64,000 bases of DNA from a virus. Taxonomy: Duplodnaviria > Caudoviricetes. Below are positions 1 to 9,869 of this stretch, in pieces (positions within the stretch are counted from its first letter, which is position 1; each line of letters opens with the position of its first letter). The notes below the pieces were generated by a model. That model ran no database searches. It worked only from the letters and a program-made list of their open reading frames with translations, and was not told where the DNA came from. Made by a program: the position numbers and the translations under genes. Location: the IMG/VR virus record IMGVR_UViG_3300011113_000415. One strand, 5' to 3'.

Positions 1-936
1 ATTGTCAATGTAGTAATCCAAATTGAAATACTGATTACGTGAGGCTCCAACCACTGTGGTTCCTGGAACGGTGTCAAGATATGTTTTGTTGTATGCTGGA
101 ACAGTGACATCGATTGGAGTGCTGACTCTTGTGCCTGGTGCTGTGCCTGCTCCGCCACTTTGTGCCAAGAGGTAATAACCACTGAGTTCAGGATTTTTCA
201 TTCTTATGATGTTTGAATTGTATGATGTTGGCGTGGCCAGGTACCAACTGATAGAGTAGGTGTAACTGGCATAATTATCCAATACATTTGCCTTTTCAAA
301 TATAGGATTTTTTTCCGCAGAGTACAAGTCATTCAAAGTGTTGGCAACTACGTTGGGTGTCTGTGGTGTGTTGTCATCTCTAGGACCGCCGGCTCCTGGT
401 CCACCTAGATCTGTACGTCTAGGATCACGAGAGGCAAAATCAGCGGTGCTTTGTCCTGCACCTGCGCCGGCTGTGGCACGATTGCTGGCATTGTTGATGG
501 CTTGTGTTTGCGAAGTGGGTCGCAAATTGGCATTGGTTCCGTCGGTGGGTGTGTTTTCCGAGGTAGGAGTTGGGTTGGCATTGGTGCCTGATCTAGGTTC
601 CACTTGTTCAATGCGTTTGTCTGGAGTCAGTATCTGTTGTCCTGTTATGGGACGAGAGGCATTGGCATTTTCATCTCTGGCCTGATTGGCATTGCCTACG
701 ATAGCACCCGAACTGGCCACAGGTTGTTGGGCAAAGTTGTTGTACTCAATCAACACGATGTCAAGTCGTTGTTGCAATTCTGCCAAATAAGATCTTGCAC
801 TTTCAATTTGTTGTTGCAATCTAGCGTTGCCAGGTGCTTGAGCCAAGATGGCTTCATCTCTGGCAATAATTGCTTGTTGTTGCTTGATTTCGGCTTGAAT
901 TCTTGCTAGTTCGGCAGCCCAGGGATTTGTTGCCAT
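1..936 (-). CDS. Large virion/baseplate (hub-like) protein, 5' portion; runs off the left edge
   Basis: Hand translation from ATG at 936 (MATNPWAAELARIQAEIKQQ...) stays open to position 1. Contains NVLDNYASYTYSISWYL and RNQYFNLDYYIDN. Lies just downstream of two baseplate-type genes. Missing from the ORF track because it is truncated. Confidence 0.75.
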   Translation of the reverse strand, partial: MATNPWAAELARIQAEIKQQQAIIARDEAILAQAPGNARLQQQIESARSYLAELQQRLDIVLIEYNNFAQQPVASSGAIVGNANQARDENANASRPITGQQILTPDKRIEQVEPRSGTNANPTPTSENTPTDGTNANLRPTSQTQAINNASNRATAGAGAGQSTADFASRDPRRTDLGGPGAGGPRDDNTPQTPNVVANTLNDLYSAEKNPIFEKANVLDNYASYTYSISWYLATPTSYNSNIIRMKNPELSGYYLLAQSGGAGTAPGTRVSTPIDVTVPAYNKTYLDTVPGTTVVGASRNQYFNLDYYIDN

Positions 937-938
937 GT

Positions 939-1238
939 TTAGAATCCTAACACGTTGCGTAGTGTGCTGAGTTTGGGCAGATAGATTTGAGTACCTGCCC
1001 GGAAGTCTAGTGGTGGTGCTTGTAGTGTGTTGGGGTTGCGTTGATAAAACACCCACCACAAGGCCGCAGTTGAATACAAGTCATAGGCCAACAAATCAGG
1101 TCTGTACTGATAGGTTTGATTGATCAACATTATGGTATCATCTGTTTCTTTGGGTATGGGCCGATTGGTCATGGTATCCAAAAAGAACTGACTGTATCCA
1201 GTGGCAAAATAAGGACTGGTTGCGTTGTAGGTGGCCAT
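939..1238 (-). CDS. Baseplate wedge protein, T4 gp53-like / LysM-like
   Basis: 99 aa with YQYRPDLLAYDLY...LWWVF...NP...DFRAGTQIYLP, the pattern of gp53/LysM-type wedge subunits. Confidence 0.7.
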   Translation of the reverse strand: MATYNATSPYFATGYSQFFLDTMTNRPIPKETDDTIMLINQTYQYRPDLLAYDLYSTAALWWVFYQRNPNTLQAPPLDFRAGTQIYLPKLSTLRNVLGF

Positions 1239-3310
1239 TACCAGAATCCTTTCTTGAGCAAATTGCCATTGGCATAGTCTCTCACACTGAATTCTCGGGT
1301 AACTTGATTGCGCGACTGCACCGGTAACAAACTTATCATGATGTCAATCTTGGTGGGCACATAAGTGGGTTGATTTTGTCCCAGAGTTGGTGGGGGCGGT
1401 CTGCAGATTTCTGCGCCATAACTGATGCCTTGACCACTGAACAAGTTCTGCAGGCGAGCCACAGCACCTGATATGGGATTGGTTGGTAAGTCTTGTCTGT
1501 TTCTGCGTGTGAGCATGTTGGTACCATTGATGTTGGTGGATCTAGCACGTATGTAGTCAACGTCACTGGGCAGGTTGTAATTAAAACTGGTTACCACGCA
1601 GGGGTGCTGGGAGAACTGATATTGCCCCAGACCAGACAAATATACCAAAGGTGGTGGCGCACCACGTTGCGGATCTTGGCCATAAAACATCTTGGTCACC
1701 GAGCGAAAGAAATGTATCACTGCCAAGAGATAGTTGGCTTCGGTGGTATCTTGCGCTGTGAATGTGGCTGTGATACCCACTTGATCAGTGTAACTGCTCT
1801 TGTAAAAATAGCCTTTGTAGTTGCTGTGAGTCAAGGCATAACTTTCATAGTCGGCCTTGTAACTCATTTCAATCTTGGGGGTGTAGGGAAATATCACCCC
1901 ATTTGTAATGGCCAGTGGCGCCAGTATGCCATCGGCATCCACATTGTACAAATAGTTGGCACCAGGTGCCAGGCTCAGTCGCACACGCCAATCACCGTTG
2001 TTGGCTATTTTCTTTTGCGCGGCTCGTACTGCCTGTTGTTGGGCTGCCTGACGTCCTACTTCCACCTGTGCGGCTTCATCTGCAACTGCATCATTGGCAC
2101 TTTGTAAAAGACGACCTTGTGCAATTTGTTCGGCGTCACTTACATAACCAGTATTGATAGGATTAACTGCCGCGGCGCTGGTGGTAGGATTAATCACTGT
2201 GGCAGTGATCTGTTGCGGCCCTACAAAACTAGGATCACTATTGACTTCTATCACAGGAACATTGGATCCGGCTGTGGTGGCTCGGTAACTGGCTGAGTTA
2301 GCATCAATGGAGGCTTCGTTGAATTGGATTGTTTCTTGTGCGGTAGTGATGTAGTTTTGATTGGTAGTTATGTCTTGGGTTGATTCAAAGATAATTTGAG
2401 CATTTTCTGCATTGTTGGCTTCTAGTACTGCTCGGCGTTCTGCACTGATGTTTGGATCAGCCAGTTCAGCATTGTTCTGTGCAATATAGCCTTCAGCATT
2501 GGCAATATTTTGTTGTGCTGTTTGAATATTTTTAGTGGATCTTGCTATACCGTCTTGGCCTTGAGAGATGTAAGCGGCGGCTTGATCAATATTTTCAAGG
2601 TAAGGATTAGGCGACTGAGCATTGAGTCTGGCTGCCGAGGCTGCTGTCTGTTGATTGGCAGCGGCGATTGCGTCACCTGCACCTGTGTTAACTGGTGTGG
2701 CAGATGTGTTTATAGGATACTTGGGATTTTCTACCCAGTCACCGGCAGCATTTTTAATAAATGTGTCTGGCGGCCCAGCAAGATTGCTTTGACCTGGATT
2801 TACTGGGGTGGCAACTGACTTGGCTCCTGCCCCAAACATCTCAAGCCTTACCTGGGCCGCCGAATCAGTTACGGCCAATACATCCGCAGGTATTAGTTGT
2901 TTGCCTGAGGCTTTGTCAACTGGATAACTTACTCCTGTCCTTGAATCAAATGCAAGTCCAGTTTGATCAACATACGCAGGTTGTGCGGTAGCAGATTTAT
3001 TCACTGCATTTGCGACATTTTTTGCTATTGGTGCATTAGGATCAACAAAATTATTAATGAATGCAGGATTGATATTTCTTGTTAGTTGTGCTGTTTGTTC
3101 AGCATTGAGAATGGTTAGACCGTATGCATCTTGAGTAGGGTTGGCGGCTGTGTCTGTTATTTGTCCAGGATAATTATCATCCCACCAGGCAGGATTGCCA
3201 GCCTCATCAGCAACCTGTTCACCTGAGTTGTCTTCTGTTACAGCGCCGTCCGACTGTATTTCTGCAGGCACATCTTCGGGTGCGGTCCAGATAAAATTTT
3301 CTTCATCCAT
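1238..3310 (-). CDS. Tail tube initiator / baseplate-tube junction protein (gp48/gp54-like C-terminal domain) with long N-terminal extension
   Basis: C-terminal ~250 aa (GVIFPYTPKIEMSYKADY...THSNY...FTAQ...YLLAVIHFFRSVTKMFYG...PPPLVYLSG) resembles tube-fold baseplate proteins. N-terminal ~430 aa is Ala/Asn/Gln-rich. SD AAGGA and TAAATA upstream. Confidence 0.6.
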   Translation of the reverse strand: MDEENFIWTAPEDVPAEIQSDGAVTEDNSGEQVADEAGNPAWWDDNYPGQITDTAANPTQDAYGLTILNAEQTAQLTRNINPAFINNFVDPNAPIAKNVANAVNKSATAQPAYVDQTGLAFDSRTGVSYPVDKASGKQLIPADVLAVTDSAAQVRLEMFGAGAKSVATPVNPGQSNLAGPPDTFIKNAAGDWVENPKYPINTSATPVNTGAGDAIAAANQQTAASAARLNAQSPNPYLENIDQAAAYISQGQDGIARSTKNIQTAQQNIANAEGYIAQNNAELADPNISAERRAVLEANNAENAQIIFESTQDITTNQNYITTAQETIQFNEASIDANSASYRATTAGSNVPVIEVNSDPSFVGPQQITATVINPTTSAAAVNPINTGYVSDAEQIAQGRLLQSANDAVADEAAQVEVGRQAAQQQAVRAAQKKIANNGDWRVRLSLAPGANYLYNVDADGILAPLAITNGVIFPYTPKIEMSYKADYESYALTHSNYKGYFYKSSYTDQVGITATFTAQDTTEANYLLAVIHFFRSVTKMFYGQDPQRGAPPPLVYLSGLGQYQFSQHPCVVTSFNYNLPSDVDYIRARSTNINGTNMLTRRNRQDLPTNPISGAVARLQNLFSGQGISYGAEICRPPPPTLGQNQPTYVPTKIDIMISLLPVQSRNQVTREFSVRDYANGNLLKKGFW

Positions 3311-3328
3311 GTTTGTTCCTTGACCCTG

Positions 3329-3334
3329 TATTTA
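3329..3334 (-). promoter_or_regulatory. Late promoter TAAATA
   Basis: GGTTAAATACAG on the minus strand upstream of the baseplate operon start at 3310. Confidence 0.6.
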
Positions 3335-3366
3335 ACCAAAAAATTAACTGGTCCGTTTATAAAAGG

Positions 3367-3394
3367 TTGACAACTAGTACAAATGTGCTACAAT
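3367..3394 (+). promoter_or_regulatory. Sigma70-type promoter for gp55-gp47-gp46 operon
   Basis: TTGACA (3367-3372), 16-nt spacer, TGcTACAAT extended -10 (TACAAT 3389-3394), 30 nt before the ATG at 3424. Confidence 0.65.
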
Positions 3395-3423
3395 AAGTAA
3401 TATTTTAAAGGAATCCCCAGTCA

Positions 3424-4317
3424 ATGACTGCAACTATCCGTGCCACACCCAAAACCAATTATCTCAACAACAGAGATATTCTCAAAGAGATACACCTAAG
3501 CAAAAATACCTACTGCTCTTTCCGAGATCCAGCAATCGATCATCAATTTGATATAATCCTGCCCTCTGTAAGCAAGATCAATCAAAAGACCATAGCCGAA
3601 GCCCGACGCAATCGTGCTGACCGTCTCAAGCGCGAAGGTATCATAGTTGACCCAAAGAAAATACCCAATACTGACTGTGTGTTTCGAGTCACTTGTTGGG
3701 ATCACATACCCATGGCACCCAAGAAAGTCACCAAAGCCGAAGCCAAAAAACGGAAATTAGAGGACTTGTTGGAACTGGATGATGTGACTGAAGATCCTCT
3801 AGCGGACCTTGTAGAGGAGCCTATTCTGGATCCCACACACATGCGAGTTAACTTTCCTCCGTTCTGGCATTACCGAATTGATGACAATAAAGTGCCTTTT
3901 GTGGTGGGTAAAAGCCACTGGCGGGGTACCTTAGATGCGGGCGAGTTCTGTAAAGATCATGGCAAAATGACCCGAACTTTGGCCACAATGTTTATGAAAC
4001 TGTGCGAAAGATACGCCACAAGGTCAAACTGGCGTGGATACACCTACAACGAAGAAATGCGGGGTCAAGCCCTGCTACAACTGTCTCAAATAGGACTCCA
4101 GTTCGATGAATCAAAATCGCAGAACCCTTTTGCGTATTATACTGCCGCTATCACTAATAGTTTCACTCGTATCCTAAACATCGAAAAGAAAAACCAAAAC
4201 ATTCGAGATGACATACTAGAAATGAACGGACTCAATCCTTCATGGACTCGCCAGAATTCTGGCAAGTATTCAATGGAAGCCTTGTCCGGACCGGTTGTGA
4301 GTAGCCTTGATGAGTAG
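3424..4317 (+). CDS. gp55: Late transcription sigma factor
   Basis: NYLNNRDILKEI N-terminus and RYATRSNWRGYTYNEEM...ALLQL...LQFDESKSQNPFAYYT...NSFTRIL core. Sits next to gp47/gp46 as in T4-like phages. Confidence 0.85.
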   Translation: MTATIRATPKTNYLNNRDILKEIHLSKNTYCSFRDPAIDHQFDIILPSVSKINQKTIAEARRNRADRLKREGIIVDPKKIPNTDCVFRVTCWDHIPMAPKKVTKAEAKKRKLEDLLELDDVTEDPLADLVEEPILDPTHMRVNFPPFWHYRIDDNKVPFVVGKSHWRGTLDAGEFCKDHGKMTRTLATMFMKLCERYATRSNWRGYTYNEEMRGQALLQLSQIGLQFDESKSQNPFAYYTAAITNSFTRILNIEKKNQNIRDDILEMNGLNPSWTRQNSGKYSMEALSGPVVSSLDE

Positions 4318-4329
4318 TATACTAACAGG

Positions 4330-5346
4330 ATGACTAACTTATTTCGGAAGGCCGCGGTCTTCACTGACATTCACTTTGGCTTGAAAAGCAACAGTACTCA
4401 GCACAATGAGGACTGTATGAACTTTGTAAAATGGGCCACAGCCAAGGCCCGGGAGGAAGGTTGTGAGACCTGTTTGTTCCTGGGCGATTGGCACAACAAC
4501 CGTGCCAGCCTAAACATTGTTACCCTCAACTACAGCCTGCGGGCCTTGGAGCATCTCAATGACAATTTTAACGCTGTGTACTTTATTCCTGGTAATCATG
4601 ATCTTTATTATCGCGACAAGAGAGATATCCAAAGCGTTGAATGGGCAAGACATTTACCTAACGTCGATATTTGCAATGATTGGTTTGACAGTGGTGACGT
4701 TGTTATTGCACCTTGGCTGTGCGGTGATGACCACAAGCGTATTCCAAAACTAAAAGGCCGTTACATGTTTGGGCATTTTGAACTGCCTGGATACTTGATG
4801 AATGCAATGGTAGAAATGCCGGATCATGGCGAGGTGCGCAGAGAAGACTTTGCCAACTTTGAACATGTGTTTACTGGACATTTTCACAAGCGACAGACCA
4901 AAAAGAATATCACATACATTGGTAATTGCTTTCCGCACAACTATGCTGATGCAGGAGACGACGAACGCGGCATGATGATACTAGAGTGGGGCAAAGAACC
5001 CGAGTTTCATGCTTGGCCTGATCAACCTCGATATCGTGTGCTGGGCCTGGCCAATATTATTGACAATGCATCCACCCTACTGGCACCTGGCATGCATGTG
5101 CGTGTGCAGTTGGACATTGAGATTTCATACGAAGAAGCCAACTTCATCAAAGAAACTTATATAAAGGATTATGGTTTGCGAGAGATGGCTTTGATACCCA
5201 ACAAGAATTCATCTGTGGACACTGACATGGCGCCTGGTGAAGTCAAGTTTGAAAGTGTAGATCAAATTGTTACAGATCAGATTACCAATATTGAATCGGA
5301 ATTCTACGACAACAAATTATTGTTGAAGATTTATCAGACCTTATGA
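4330..5346 (+). CDS. gp47: Recombination endonuclease subunit (Mre11/SbcD-like)
   Basis: Metallophosphoesterase motifs FTDIHFG, LGDW, GNHD, FGHFE, GHFH. Confidence 0.92.
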   Translation: MTNLFRKAAVFTDIHFGLKSNSTQHNEDCMNFVKWATAKAREEGCETCLFLGDWHNNRASLNIVTLNYSLRALEHLNDNFNAVYFIPGNHDLYYRDKRDIQSVEWARHLPNVDICNDWFDSGDVVIAPWLCGDDHKRIPKLKGRYMFGHFELPGYLMNAMVEMPDHGEVRREDFANFEHVFTGHFHKRQTKKNITYIGNCFPHNYADAGDDERGMMILEWGKEPEFHAWPDQPRYRVLGLANIIDNASTLLAPGMHVRVQLDIEISYEEANFIKETYIKDYGLREMALIPNKNSSVDTDMAPGEVKFESVDQIVTDQITNIESEFYDNKLLLKIYQTL

Positions 5347-5804
5347 CATGGAGACAAACACAACTGGGTCAATCGCTGTGTGACCAAGATAATATAATCT
5401 TGGATCTATTTGCCAATAAAGAGGTAAATTACATAGGCAAAGATGTTGAATTTAAAAAATTATTAAATCACAGTGACGTTGCATCAAATTTAATTATAAT
5501 CATTAATGATCAAATTTGGTGTTCAGAAATTGCTAGACTGCTAAATCAACACTTGAAATCAACAGTTGAAACTTTTTACATCGGACTCAATAGGTACTGC
5601 GTGAACGGCAACGACACGGTAGAAAACTTTGTACATACTGGTAATCATGGCAACGATATTATTTTGATGATTGCTGTCATGGTTTCCAAATTAGGGTATT
5701 CTATAACAAAATCTGGGTGCTATGATAATGATCTTGGTAGACACTTTAATTTTGTACAACCGTTGACTTGGGCGTATGGATCTAAAACAAACAAAAGTAT
5801 CTAA
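5343..5804 (+). CDS. Hypothetical protein (AT-rich cassette)
   Basis: 153-aa ORF, ATGA overlap with the gp47 stop. No recognisable motif. Confidence 0.65.
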   Translation: MTWRQTQLGQSLCDQDNIILDLFANKEVNYIGKDVEFKKLLNHSDVASNLIIIINDQIWCSEIARLLNQHLKSTVETFYIGLNRYCVNGNDTVENFVHTGNHGNDIILMIAVMVSKLGYSITKSGCYDNDLGRHFNFVQPLTWAYGSKTNKSI

Positions 5805-6339
5805 TCAAAACAGATCTCAATTTTATCAACAGATGTATCCACATCAGTTTGAGTCAAGAAGTCAACTGATCAACATTGCCTCTATTGATGCAGATAATAT
5901 AATCACGGTTGACTGTTGCGGATGGCACTACAAACGCACGTTTGCAGAAAAAAATGTGTTATCCATAGATCCTATCAAGGCTGCATTGGAATTCAAACTG
6001 CCCAAAGATAAAGTATACAAATTTGTTGATAACAGAACTGATCATGTGTTACAGTGGCCAACACTAAATGTTGACAACTGTGCAGTGGTTTTTGATCGCA
6101 GTCCACTGTTGAGGTATCTTACAATTGATCAACTCAATACTGTTTTAAATGATGTTCAACAACAATACCAACCAAAATTTATTGTTACAAGATTAAAATC
6201 AATGTCTATTGATAGTGATAGATTGATTGATAGATTTTACAGCATGTGTAATATTCAAATTAAAGATTGTGTAGTTGAACAGTTTCACTATAATGTAAAT
6301 TATCTGTACATTTGTTTCAGAAAAAAAACACAAGTATGA
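5776..6339 (+). CDS. Hypothetical protein (AT-rich cassette)
   Basis: 187-aa ORF overlapping both neighbours. No recognisable motif. Confidence 0.65.
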   Translation: MDLKQTKVSNQNRSQFYQQMYPHQFESRSQLINIASIDADNIITVDCCGWHYKRTFAEKNVLSIDPIKAALEFKLPKDKVYKFVDNRTDHVLQWPTLNVDNCAVVFDRSPLLRYLTIDQLNTVLNDVQQQYQPKFIVTRLKSMSIDSDRLIDRFYSMCNIQIKDCVVEQFHYNVNYLYICFRKKTQV

Positions 6340-7211
6340 TAATTCCCATTGATTTTGTGGCTGGCAGCCATGGCAATTTTTTAGAAACTGTATTAAACAA
6401 GTATTTTAACATTGTTGATACGCCAGACGCATTTACCACTCTCGGTACCAGCCACTACAAATCTACTTACTATCAACAAAACAAATTATTTTCAGCCAGT
6501 CATTGGTTCGACAAGTATAGATCAGAAGATTTTAAAAAATTTGATAAAATTATTTCTATTAAATTTGATCAAGATGATTTGCTTTTATTGTCTTCATTGA
6601 GTTTGTTGCGATCCGGGGACATGAGGATTGAGAATGATTACCTAGAAGTTGACACCAGACAAAAACTAAAAAATCAATTTTACAATCATCTACTTGAACA
6701 AATTGATAATGCCTATCCCTTTTTAAATCCTAGTGAATCTTCAATTCCAAGATACGTGTTGAGAGAATTTTTTAAGTTTGGATTTCGTAACCCTGATCAA
6801 CACGGTTTTTGGCTAGAACAACAGCGCATGCAATATCATCAAGACTGCTGTGTGTTTGTTTTTCGATTTAAATCTTTTTACAATCAAAATCAATTACAAG
6901 AACAAATTTTAGATTTGGAAAAATTTTTAAATATGAAGTTTGATTTTTCAAGTGATTTTTACTCGCAATACCAAAAGTTCATGAGATTTATACCATATAT
7001 AAATCACAAACAAGACTGTGACAACATTATTCAATGCATACAATCTTCGGTTGATGTACCCATACCATCGCTGTCATTATTTCAAGAAAGTTATATCAAT
7101 GCACAATTGGAGAATATTTTTTTAAAAGAAATGCCTTTCCACCAAGATATCTACTTTACTTCTACAAAAGATATGTTATACTATATCAATAACAATGCGC
7201 CCAATTTATGA
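6336..7211 (+). CDS. Hypothetical protein (AT-rich cassette)
   Basis: Start placed at ATG 6336 (ATGA overlap with previous stop): MIIPIDFVAGSHGNFLE. ATGA overlap into gp46. Confidence 0.7.
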   Translation: MIIPIDFVAGSHGNFLETVLNKYFNIVDTPDAFTTLGTSHYKSTYYQQNKLFSASHWFDKYRSEDFKKFDKIISIKFDQDDLLLLSSLSLLRSGDMRIENDYLEVDTRQKLKNQFYNHLLEQIDNAYPFLNPSESSIPRYVLREFFKFGFRNPDQHGFWLEQQRMQYHQDCCVFVFRFKSFYNQNQLQEQILDLEKFLNMKFDFSSDFYSQYQKFMRFIPYINHKQDCDNIIQCIQSSVDVPIPSLSLFQESYINAQLENIFLKEMPFHQDIYFTSTKDMLYYINNNAPNL

Positions 7212-8971
7212 TCCAAATTAAAAATTTAACTGTTAGAAACTTCATGAGTGTAGGTGCCGCAACTCAAGGTGTTGACTTTGATCGTACAGATCTTACATTG
7301 GTACTAGGTGAAAACTTGGACCTAGGAGGTGACGGCTCAAGAAACGGTACAGGCAAAACCACAATCATCAATGCCTTGAGTTATGCGTTGTATGGACAGG
7401 CACTGTCAAACATACGCAAAGACAATCTAGTAAACAAGACCAACGGTCGGAACATGTTGGTTAGTTTAGACTTTTCGGTTAACGGTCAAGAGTACAGAAT
7501 TGAAAGAGGACGCAAACCCAACGTCTTAAAGTTTTACATCAATAATCAAGCACAGACTGCCACAGACGAAGCACAAGGTGACAGTCGTGAAACACAGGAT
7601 GCCATTGAGCGAGTGATGAACATGAGTCATGACATGTTTCGACATGTGCTGGCTTTGAACACTTATACAGAACCATTTCTAAGTTTAAAGGCCAATGACC
7701 AACGCACTATCATTGAACAGTTGCTGGGCATCACCTTGTTGAGTGAGCGTGCTGATGCTATCAAAGAACTCAACCGGCAGACCAAAGATGGTATTCAACA
7801 GGAAGAGTTTCGTATTCGTGCTGTTCAAGAAGCCAACCGACGCATTGAAGAACAGATTGAAAGTCTGCGTAAACGTCAGCGACTATGGACAGCCAAACGT
7901 GACGAAGATGTTGTTAAATTAGAGCAGGCCATTGCGGATCTTGAACACATTGACATCGATGCCGAAGTTCAAGCACATAGAGATCTAGAAGAATTTCATA
8001 ACAAGAAAAAAGCCATTGATGATGCTAACCGGTACATTCGACAGATTGCCGCAGATGATGCTCGACTACAAAAGATACTGGACAAACTAAAAAATGAAAT
8101 TGCGGCATTGGACAATCACCGGTGTCACTCGTGCGGTCAAGACTTGCATGACGACAAACAAGAAGAATTAAAACAGGCCAAACAGGCATTGGTACAAGAA
8201 ACAGCACTACAACTCTTGGCTAATGATACTCAACGACAAGAACATCTAGACAGTTTGGCACAGATTGGTGATTTGGGCATCGCACCCACAGTGTTTTATG
8301 ACACTTTGGAGCAGGCCTTGAACCATCGCAACACAGTAGAAATCTTGCGAAAAGACTTGGCCGCACGATCCTCAGATGTAGATCCTTATGAAGAACAGAT
8401 CTCAGACATGCAAGGACAGGCTCTGCAAGTTGTAACATACGACACACTAAACGAACTTACCAGAGTACAAGATCATCAGGACTTCTTGCTCAAATTGTTG
8501 ACATCCAAAGACAGTTTTGTTCGCAAGAAAATCATTGATCAGAATCTAAGTTATCTCAATCAACGTTTAACACACTATTTGGACAGGATTGGTTTGCCAC
8601 ACACAGTAAAGTTCCAAAACGATTTGACTGTGAGCATTGAAGAATTGGGTCGTGAACTAGACTTTGACAATTTAAGTCGCGGTGAACGCAATCGATTAAT
8701 CTTGAGCATGAGTTGGGCCTTTCGTGATGTTTGGGAGAGCCTATACTCTCCCATCAACTTGTTGTTCATTGACGAATTAATTGACAACGGTCTTGATACT
8801 CAAGGTGTAGAAAATGCCTTGGCTTTGCTCAAAAAAATGAGCCGAGAACGACACAAATCAATCTGGCTTGTGAGTCACAGAGATGAACTTGCAGGGCGTG
8901 TGGAGAACATACTCAAAGTTGTCAAAGAAAATGGTTTTACCAGTTACAATACGGATGTTGATCTTGCGTGA
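7208..8971 (+). CDS. gp46: Recombination ATPase subunit (Rad50/SbcC-like)
   Basis: Walker A RNGTGKT, coiled coils with zinc hook CHSCGQ, signature LSRGE, Walker B LLFIDE, H-loop SHR. Confidence 0.93.
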   Translation: MIQIKNLTVRNFMSVGAATQGVDFDRTDLTLVLGENLDLGGDGSRNGTGKTTIINALSYALYGQALSNIRKDNLVNKTNGRNMLVSLDFSVNGQEYRIERGRKPNVLKFYINNQAQTATDEAQGDSRETQDAIERVMNMSHDMFRHVLALNTYTEPFLSLKANDQRTIIEQLLGITLLSERADAIKELNRQTKDGIQQEEFRIRAVQEANRRIEEQIESLRKRQRLWTAKRDEDVVKLEQAIADLEHIDIDAEVQAHRDLEEFHNKKKAIDDANRYIRQIAADDARLQKILDKLKNEIAALDNHRCHSCGQDLHDDKQEELKQAKQALVQETALQLLANDTQRQEHLDSLAQIGDLGIAPTVFYDTLEQALNHRNTVEILRKDLAARSSDVDPYEEQISDMQGQALQVVTYDTLNELTRVQDHQDFLLKLLTSKDSFVRKKIIDQNLSYLNQRLTHYLDRIGLPHTVKFQNDLTVSIEELGRELDFDNLSRGERNRLILSMSWAFRDVWESLYSPINLLFIDELIDNGLDTQGVENALALLKKMSRERHKSIWLVSHRDELAGRVENILKVVKENGFTSYNTDVDLA

Positions 8972-9809
8972 TATAAAGGTATTACATTTAGAATCCACAG
9001 ACGTATGCCAAGCCGCATGCGCCATGTGTGCAAGAGAAACTGATGCTGACTTTGAAAAGCATCGTCAGCATCATCTTTCTATGAATCAGATATTGAAAGT
9101 ATTTGATCACGAAAAAATCCAGCAACTACACAAGATGTTTATGTGTGGCAACTACGGAGATCCTGCTGCCGGCAAATATTCTTTGGACATTTATCGAGAA
9201 TTTAGACGTATCAATCCCAACATTGTTTTGGGTATGAACTCCAATGGTGGCATTCAAACAACATTTTGGTGGCACGAATTGGCCAAGATCATGAATCAAC
9301 CACATGACTACGTGGTGTTCAGTATTGATGGTACGGAACACACCAATGGTATATATCGCAAGAATGTAAACTGGCAGAAACTTATGAGCAATGCTAGATC
9401 ATTTATTGAAGCAGGCGGATCGGCTCATTGGGATATGTTGGTGTATCGACATAATCAACATGAAGTAGATGAGTGCCAACAGGTAGCCCAGCACTTGGGA
9501 TTCAAATGGTTTAGAGCCAAGGTTTCAAAACGCGGATTTACGCAATCACTACAGTTTCCATTGGGATGGCAACCAATTGAACAACACGCTACTGGTGTTA
9601 GTTGTCATGCACTACAAGAACAAAGTGTTTATATAGATGCACAAGGACGTATTGGGCCTTGCTGTTGGTTAGGGTCAAGGCAAAAGGATTTTGTTACTGA
9701 TGTAGATGCTATTCCCACCCAGGATCCTGTGTGCTGGTCTGCTTGCGGGCAAACCGATCAGGGCACAAGATTTACCCAACAATGGCAGCGAGAAACAGAA
9801 TTAACTTGA
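8955..9809 (+). CDS. Radical SAM protein with SPASM/twitch-like C-terminal Cys cluster
   Basis: CQAACAMC (CxxxCxxC), CGNYGDP, C-terminal CHAL...GRIGPCCW...CWSACG. Start moved to ATG 8955 (MLILRDIK), overlapping the gp46 end. Confidence 0.85.
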   Translation: MLILRDIKVLHLESTDVCQAACAMCARETDADFEKHRQHHLSMNQILKVFDHEKIQQLHKMFMCGNYGDPAAGKYSLDIYREFRRINPNIVLGMNSNGGIQTTFWWHELAKIMNQPHDYVVFSIDGTEHTNGIYRKNVNWQKLMSNARSFIEAGGSAHWDMLVYRHNQHEVDECQQVAQHLGFKWFRAKVSKRGFTQSLQFPLGWQPIEQHATGVSCHALQEQSVYIDAQGRIGPCCWLGSRQKDFVTDVDAIPTQDPVCWSACGQTDQGTRFTQQWQRETELT

Positions 9810-9869
9810 AAAATCACAAATAGGCAGCAACGGAGATAACTATACAGCAGGACAAATCACACCAAACAC

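Noticed and set aside
338-909. Plus-strand ORFs 338-685 and 604-909, and minus-strand 405-611
   Set aside because: They overlap the real minus-strand gene 936..<1, which the ORF track missed because it is truncated.
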